This document shows, piece after piece, positions 60,419-64,000 of a stretch of 64,000 nt of DNA (its first letter is position 1; each line of letters begins with the position of its first letter). The notes beneath the pieces were generated by a model. It was not told the origin of the DNA, did no database searches, and saw nothing but the letters and a program-made list of their open reading frames with translations. Location of the stretch: assembly GCA_963676795.2 (NCBI GenBank), contig CAXXTB010000002.1, positions 1,888,001 through 1,952,000 of the forward strand, in the 5' to 3' direction. The position numbers and the translations under genes were made by a program. The stretch is from Geopsychrobacteraceae bacterium (GTDB taxonomy: Bacteria; Desulfobacterota; Desulfuromonadia; Desulfuromonadales; Geopsychrobacteraceae).

Positions 60419-62823
60419 AGAGGTCTCGTCACCTGTCCAGGAACTGTCAGCTGATGTCGTTCAGCAACAACACCGACAATATAGTCGGCAAGATCCGCGG
60501 GTACCGGGCGGATGAAGCAGCTGTCAAACAGGGCCATCTCATCAGCACTCAGCGTCTGGTCGGCGATGCCGATCAGACGGATCGATGTGCCGGATAAAAA
60601 CTCCAGAGCCGGCAGATCCCCCGAAACACGGCCAGAGACATCGACGACGACGCAGAACGTCTGCCCCTTATCCAGAAAAGTCCTGGCCTCGCCAATACTG
60701 TCGACGACAAATACCTGCTCCGGAAACTGTGATTCCAGCGTCAGGCGCAGCAGCTCGCTCTTGGCGACATTCGAGCTGACAATAAGAATCTGACCTGCCC
60801 GGTCTATCTCATCGGCATCAGCCTGACCGGACTCGCATGGCGTAGCTTTCAGCGCGGAGGTTTCAGGACCAGACTGGGTCAAGGTCGTCATCAGACGTCT
60901 CCAGGTCACAGGCAGGTCAAGACGGGAGTCAACGCATGGAAGAGGATCAAGATATTCGGCCATGGCGATAATTCTATACGCGGCATACTCCGGCCGGGAC
61001 GCCAGGGCTTCGTAAAGCAGCGTGCCATCAGAAAAACTCAGTTCGTGCGCAACAATAACCATGCCGAATGGCCGCCCCTCTCGCTGAGCCGTCGAGAGCA
61101 GAGCAAGAACCTCGGCCGCAGACGAGGTTCGGACCAGCTGGAATCCCAAGGCACGCAAACGCCCCAGCAACTGCTCGACGTTGACATGAGACAACTGCCC
61201 GGCACAGATCAACGCTGGCTTGTCAAGCAAGTCCGCCGGCAGGATGAAGGGAACCTGTTCAACGACCGGCAGACGCAGCCGGACCCTGAAGCAACTGCCA
61301 GAACCTGGGGTAGTCTCGACCGAGATCTGGCCATTCATCAGCTCAACCAACTGATTGACGATCGCAAGACCCAAGCCGGCACCGCTCTTCTCCCGCGTAT
61401 TACTGCCATCGATCTGATAGAAAACATCAAAAATCCGCTCTGCATAGGCCTCGTCCATTCCCGGACCAGTATCGACAACCTCGAGAGTAAACTCCCCCAG
61501 CCCGGCAATGATTCGACCAAGCCGCAAACTGACCCTGACGGAACCATGCTCGGTAAATTTGATGGCGTTACCAACCAGGTTCATGACAACCTGCCGCACC
61601 CGCTGGTCATCGGCACGAACCTTCCAGGCCGAGTAAAGCGGTATATCCGCATGGAGAGACAGTCCTTTTCCGGCAGCACGCGGAGCCAGCAGACTGACAA
61701 CATCCTCAATAATCTGAAACAGTTCGACATCAGCGGTTTCGAGCGACAACTGACCCGCCTCGATCCTGGAAAAATCGAGGATATCCTTGATCAGGTGCAA
61801 CAGTTCTTCCCCCGACCTCTGAACGGTAGAGACCAGCATCTTCTGGCGTTCGTCGAGAGCCGTTCTGGCCAGCAGTTCGTTCATGCCAAGCACACCGATC
61901 ATCGGCGTTCTCAGCTCGTGCGTCATGCGCGACAGAAACGCCGACTTCGCCTCATTGGCAGCATCCGCCTGTTTTCTGGCAATCTCAAGTTCGGCAATGG
62001 CCGAACGAAGATCCTGAGTCCGTTCGGCAACAATATGTTCTAGTTCTTCCTGATGGCGGGACAGACTGAGCTGATGAAGTTCGATCTGTTCGAGCATCGC
62101 GTTGAAACCATTGACCAGAGTGCCAATCTCATCCCGGCTGTGACTGATGGCCCGGATTGAATAGAGCCGCTTGCCGGAAACTTCCTTCATCAGACCGGCA
62201 AGCTCAAGCAACGGAGCGGAAATCGGCTTCTGCATCTGCTCCGCCAGTAACCATGAAAAGGCAATAAGCAGCACCAGAGCAAGAAAACCGCCGATCGCGA
62301 TACCGGTAATTCCGCGATAAAGAGCGTGCAGATCACTGAGGATATAGAGAGTACCGACGTGTCGGTTATCATGCATGACAGGCATAAAGATGCTGTAGTG
62401 GGTCCAGCCACTGATCAGGTGTTCCATGGCGCTCTGCGTCAACTCTTCGCGCCGGGTGATGCGAAAATCGTTTTCCAGTGCCGCAATGACAAAGCGCGCA
62501 TCATCCAGCTTGAGATATTCAGCGATCGGCTCCCCCTGGCGGTTGAAAAGATAGGCCGCATGTATATTATTCTGCTGACTGAGTGAACGGAGCATCCGTT
62601 CGGCCTCATCCTGCCTGTCAAGTAACAGGGGGTAACGGGTTGTTGCAACGAGGGAATTAGAGAGAATCCGCATCTCGTGAACCAGGCTGGCACGCGAGGT
62701 GTAGATTTCCGAAATCAGAACGACGCTGCTGATAATCACCAGTACGATGGTACAGGTGACCATGACAACAAAGGAAAGCTTGGTTTTGATCGATAGGTTA
62801 TTGAAAAACTTGCGCCAGGTCAT
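60415..62823 (-). CDS. Hybrid histidine kinase (periplasmic sensor, HAMP, HisKA, HATPase, two degenerate REC domains)
   Basis: FLSRMTHELRTP, NLVGNAIKFT, DTGPGM, GAGLGL; C-terminal REC-like segments lacking canonical residues. Confidence 0.9.
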   Translation of the reverse strand: MTWRKFFNNLSIKTKLSFVVMVTCTIVLVIISSVVLISEIYTSRASLVHEMRILSNSLVATTRYPLLLDRQDEAERMLRSLSQQNNIHAAYLFNRQGEPIAEYLKLDDARFVIAALENDFRITRREELTQSAMEHLISGWTHYSIFMPVMHDNRHVGTLYILSDLHALYRGITGIAIGGFLALVLLIAFSWLLAEQMQKPISAPLLELAGLMKEVSGKRLYSIRAISHSRDEIGTLVNGFNAMLEQIELHQLSLSRHQEELEHIVAERTQDLRSAIAELEIARKQADAANEAKSAFLSRMTHELRTPMIGVLGMNELLARTALDERQKMLVSTVQRSGEELLHLIKDILDFSRIEAGQLSLETADVELFQIIEDVVSLLAPRAAGKGLSLHADIPLYSAWKVRADDQRVRQVVMNLVGNAIKFTEHGSVRVSLRLGRIIAGLGEFTLEVVDTGPGMDEAYAERIFDVFYQIDGSNTREKSGAGLGLAIVNQLVELMNGQISVETTPGSGSCFRVRLRLPVVEQVPFILPADLLDKPALICAGQLSHVNVEQLLGRLRALGFQLVRTSSAAEVLALLSTAQREGRPFGMVIVAHELSFSDGTLLYEALASRPEYAAYRIIAMAEYLDPLPCVDSRLDLPVTWRRLMTTLTQSGPETSALKATPCESGQADADEIDRAGQILIVSSNVAKSELLRLTLESQFPEQVFVVDSIGEARTFLDKGQTFCVVVDVSGRVSGDLPALEFLSGTSIRLIGIADQTLSADEMALFDSCFIRPVPADLADYIVGVVAERHQLTVPGQVTRPL

Positions 62824-62982
62824 AAACGTTACATATCTGATTTTATGGCGACAAATCAACTGATATCGACCATCCCCTCAGGACCTGCCGACGAAATATC
62901 ATTGGGAAAAGTTGCATTTGCCGTCTTTTTTACATTACAGTAGTCCACTTTGCTGTCGTGATCAGTATCGGAGTATAGAACT

Positions 62983-64000
62983 ATGAACAAAGTCACCCTT
63001 CCCGCAAACAGACAGGTCGGCCATTTACGCGTCATTCGCCAGCCCCGCGAACTGTCAATGGCCGAGTACCGCCAACTGACAACGGATGACCAGCTGGAAA
63101 TTGTCCGTCACGCGACCGGCAAGCAGAAGCTGGACCTGATTATCGAATCGAGCAATCCGAAAAGGATCGTGACTAGACTGCATCCGCAGGAGCTGTTCCT
63201 GACCGTTGTCGAACTGGGTGCCGAAAGTGCTGAAGAACTGATCAATCTGGCCAATACCAACCAGATAACCACCATGCTCGATCTCGATTGCTGGGACGAA
63301 GACTGCCTGAGCCCGATCATTTCTCTGCGCTGGCTGGAATTGATTCTCGATTGCGGCGAAGAGAAAGCCTGTCTGCTTGCCGAACAGTTCGAACCGGAGC
63401 TGCTGGCACTCTTTCTGAAAAAACATCTTGAGGTCATTCGTGGCATCGAAGTCTACGACGACGACGACAGTGAAAACGCCCGGCGCCTCGAATCCCTCTA
63501 CGATATCCACTATCACTCAGAAGATGCGGCCAAGATCATTGGCCGTCTCCTGAGAATCTGGCAGGAGCAGGCCCAGGAAAGCTACCTGCTGATTATGGAG
63601 ATGATCAGAAGCGAAAGCTTAAGCACCTTGGAAGAAGAAGCATATGGTGCGCGAAACAACCGGCTGCTGGATCTCGGCATCGCACCAAAACATGAAGCGA
63701 AGAATCTCTACGCCAAGGTCAGCATCGAGAACCTGCCGCTTGGCAGCAAAAAGAATTTCAAGCTCGAAGCTGAAGGGTTGCAGGCCCCAAACGCTCTTCT
63801 CGCCCTGGCTGAACCCGGCAACCTGTTGGCAGAAGTCTTCGCCCAGGGGGTCGATCACGAGACGGCCTGCGAACTGATGATGCTGCTCAATCGCAAAATG
63901 AGTGCAGACAATATCGACCTGTCCTCTGCTGCGTCGGTCAGAGAATCTCTGCAGGAGGTTTTCGACCTGATCAACCTCGGCCTGGAGTATCTGTCCCAGA
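62983..64000 (+). CDS. DUF6178-like protein (partial, runs off window end; not in ORF track)
   Basis: Open frame from ATG 62983 (GGAG RBS): ...LHPQELFLTVVELG...QITTMLDLDCWD...FEPELLALFL. Confidence 0.75.
   Translation, partial: MNKVTLPANRQVGHLRVIRQPRELSMAEYRQLTTDDQLEIVRHATGKQKLDLIIESSNPKRIVTRLHPQELFLTVVELGAESAEELINLANTNQITTMLDLDCWDEDCLSPIISLRWLELILDCGEEKACLLAEQFEPELLALFLKKHLEVIRGIEVYDDDDSENARRLESLYDIHYHSEDAAKIIGRLLRIWQEQAQESYLLIMEMIRSESLSTLEEEAYGARNNRLLDLGIAPKHEAKNLYAKVSIENLPLGSKKNFKLEAEGLQAPNALLALAEPGNLLAEVFAQGVDHETACELMMLLNRKMSADNIDLSSAASVRESLQEVFDLINLGLEYLSQ

Overview
A 64 kb stretch of ordinary bacterial chromosome, most likely from a Desulfuromonadales-type deltaproteobacterium (inferred from gene content such as GSU3473-family and DUF6178-like genes, split gcvPA/PB, and a delta-type Fur box). 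Most of it is housekeeping: the end of purB, a dCache-HAMP-GGDEF cyclase, feoAB plus a small Cys-rich gene, a sensor kinase/sigma54 regulator pair, ispB, yyaL, CBS-pyrophosphatase, the ftsEX-envC-ctpA-yibQ-xseAB-ispA-dxs block, pta, folD-metV-metF-gcvTHP, yggT-divIVA, DAHP synthase, a TPP-riboswitch-controlled thiFSGHE operon, tig-clpPX-lon-hup and six tRNAs. I found no CRISPR array, prophage or transposase. The most unusual signals are: (1) two unannotated ~60 nt sRNA candidates (about 5294-5358 minus, 11855-11918 plus) sharing a 5' CUCUCU tract and an anti-Shine-Dalgarno CCUCCU in the terminator loop, one directly downstream of the sigma54 activator gene; (2) a four-gene operon (56723-62823) joining a hybrid kinase with degenerate receivers, an LVIVD-repeat protein, a TonB protein and an apparent His-less Hpt-like protein with repeated DPFxxDP motifs; (3) a triple-lesion aspartyl-protease pseudogene; and (4) a degenerate MITE-like element inside the gcv operon. 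Family assignments come from motif recognition only; no searches were run.
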